In this document: positions 62,090 to 64,000 of the stretch, one piece after another
How the letters are laid out: every line of letters starts with the position of its first letter
Position numbering within the stretch: position 1 is the first letter of the stretch
Origin: an uncultured delta proteobacterium
GTDB taxonomy: Bacteria > Desulfobacterota > Binatia > UBA9968
Assembly (NCBI GenBank): GCA_963804165.1
Contig: CAWDPO010000001.1
Span: 64,001 to 128,000, forward strand
Direction of reading: 5' to 3'
DNA length: 64,000 nucleotides
Notes under the pieces: model-generated
The model's database searches: none
Seen by the model: the letters and a program-made list of their open reading frames with translations, nothing else
Told to the model about the DNA's origin: nothing
Made by a program: the position numbers and the translations under genes

Positions 62090-64000
62090 TCAGGTTTCAA
62101 ATACATAAACCTGCAGGAGCCCGAACGGAGCGAACTCCTCAACCTTGGCCCGTAAACTGTCGAGCCTAATGGGATTCAACAGACTGCTGAAGGCCCCTAT
62201 TTCAGATTTGTTTTCCGCGCCCCGCCGCAGAAACTCCGGCGCGCTCTCCGCCAGTTGCGCATAGCCGGGTTGGCCAAAAATCAGCGAAGTAAACGCGCCA
62301 TCGAATTCCCTCACAAAATATGATTCATACGGGTGGGGCACCCGACTGTGTGGCGAGGCGGGATTCAGCGGGTCCTGCCGTTCCAGTACGGCGCTGAAAC
62401 GGAAACAACCTTCCTGTGTGTTGGTTACGTTCGTGAATCCGGTAATCAAAGTTTCTGAGGCGTCGAGCCACTCGACTTCAACCTCACCAAAAACGGTGAC
62501 GCTTCGCATGGTCGACGCGTCCCGCCGGCACGGAGATCACTGGCGCCGCGGAGTGCTGGCCATCGATGATGGAATCGCGAATTTCGAGATTGGTAAGCTC
62601 GCCCGCGCCTTCGACACCGAACCGGGCCGACAATCGAATTCTCGATGATGAGTTTCTCGACGTTTCCGCGGATGCTCAAAGGCACGGGCATGATGGGATT
62701 TCCGGCTGCATCAACACCCCCCGGATCAAGCGTCATATGACGAAGGGTAACGCGCTTGTAATCACCTATCAACTGGATCTGAGAATGCACCGGTTGCGCC
62801 AATCCACAGCCCGTCGAGCGTGAGCTCGGAGTCGACGTTTGCCGATGTATTCAGTAGCCAGTTATGCGTCAAGCGCAGATAGGGCCGCCTGCGATTGGCC
62901 GCGCGGAATTCGAGCTGAGTGATCTGATTGCGATTGTCGATTGGCGTGTAGTTAGCAGAATCGCGAACCTCGGCAACATCTCGGATCGACGCCCCCTGGC
63001 GGGAGGAAGTTCGGCTCCGCCTGGAACCGTCGTTTGAATGGCCCCGCCACCGCTGATCACGCGCGTGACCGCGGCCGTTAGTGCGTACCTGCGCGATCAT
63101 AACCGCCGGCTCCGATGTCTCGCGGAGAAGCCGTAGTGATAACTGACGAGCGGCTGTGGCGCCGCGCCGCCTCCAACCCAGCGCAAGCGGCCGCGTCTTA
63201 GGATCGATGACCCAATCTTTCGCGACGCCGGCTAATGCTCGCCGTATAGTTTTCCAGGTCGCCCCCAACGATCAACTCTCGGGCTGCTGGAACAAAGCGC
63301 GGGAATACAGATCATTCCGAAATCGTCTTCACTACAACAGAAGCGTCGGATGTATCCTGCTGCCGTCGTGCTCGGCGCTGTATCTGCTGCATAAACGCCG
63401 ATCGGAAGCAGCGCTCGTTTGCCGCATCGTCGATCGAGCGGCAACCAGGAGTGGATTCCAGACCAGAGGATTGCGTAGCGCGCTGATCACGCAGTGGTGC
63501 CGGCAAGCGCCGCGGAGATCTGAAACAGCCGCGCCTCGCTTGGAATGCGTTGCTGATGGAATCTACGCAACAACGCGAGGATCACATCCGCATTGCGGGC
63601 GTAAGGGAAATTGGGGGGCACGTAAGAATGGGATTGAGCCGGCCAGAGACCTGTTCCGTGATGACAAACTCGGCATGATTCAGGACGACGACAACGCATA
63701 GGCGACGGGGACTTCCCATTCCTTTGCGGATATCCAGTCTTCCCAATCAAAACGTTCGCGATCGTCGGTGCGATGACGCCGCGCATAAATAGAGGTATGT
63801 CGCGTCCTGAAGGATCAAAAGTAAATGTGTCCGGCCAGCGGACCAGGCCGCGGCGTGATGTCGTCAAGTCGGGTTGACTTAGGCGGTAGAGATGAAAGCC
63901 GAGCTTCGCGATTCCGTAGCGGCCATCGCGTCCCCGAGGTCGTCTGACGTCGGCGTGTGATGAAACTCATCAAACGGCGAGTCGGCCAACTCGGCGCCAT
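62090..64000 (-). CDS. Phage-tail/baseplate-associated protein typically found upstream of DUF6519; 5' partial, many frameshifts
   Basis: FTFDPSGRD.PLF, IDP..GR, H.TLDPG, GCFRFS and FTS..FG.PGYAQL..GAEN.SE.GAF..L..K.EEF.P.GL motifs. Confidence 0.7.

Noticed and set aside
1-64000. rRNA, tRNA, known riboswitch, intact IS or integrase, anti-phage defence genes
   Set aside because: I recognised no matching motifs by eye; a covariance-model scan would be needed to exclude small RNAs

Overview
This is a 64 kb bacterial window with fairly high GC. The gene families, REP styles and orphan NMT1/SsuA-type binding proteins suggest an uncultured deltaproteobacterial/Binatia-like lineage (inference only). 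Many genes are broken by single-base frameshifts, probably long-read errors, and several others carry large internal deletions. Layout: (1) 1-10 kb: ABC transporter, stress/redox genes, a RAYT remnant and repeats. (2) 10-19 kb: an uncharacterised catabolic cluster (atypical SDR pair, bicupin, two binding proteins, dihydroxyphthalate-decarboxylase-like, LLM, VOC, M29/NicX-like). (3) 19-36 kb: a signalling island with a sigma54 response regulator, a candidate sigma54-driven hairpin sRNA with an anti-SD loop, four large histidine kinases and a DivK-like receiver. (4) 37-54 kb: a minus-strand redox/detox region ending in a GAF-GAF FhlA-type sigma54 activator. Four sigma54 promoters here each carry the same tandem palindromic enhancer about 100 bp upstream, and two paralogous ~60 aa Cys-pair proteins lead gene blocks. 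(5) 54-57.6 kb: a beta-barrel-like protein, REPINs, general-stress small genes and an FtsH remnant. (6) 57.7-64 kb: the distal end of a DUF6519/tail-baseplate (contractile-injection-like) locus that runs off the window. I saw no rRNA, tRNA, CRISPR array or intact transposase/integrase.
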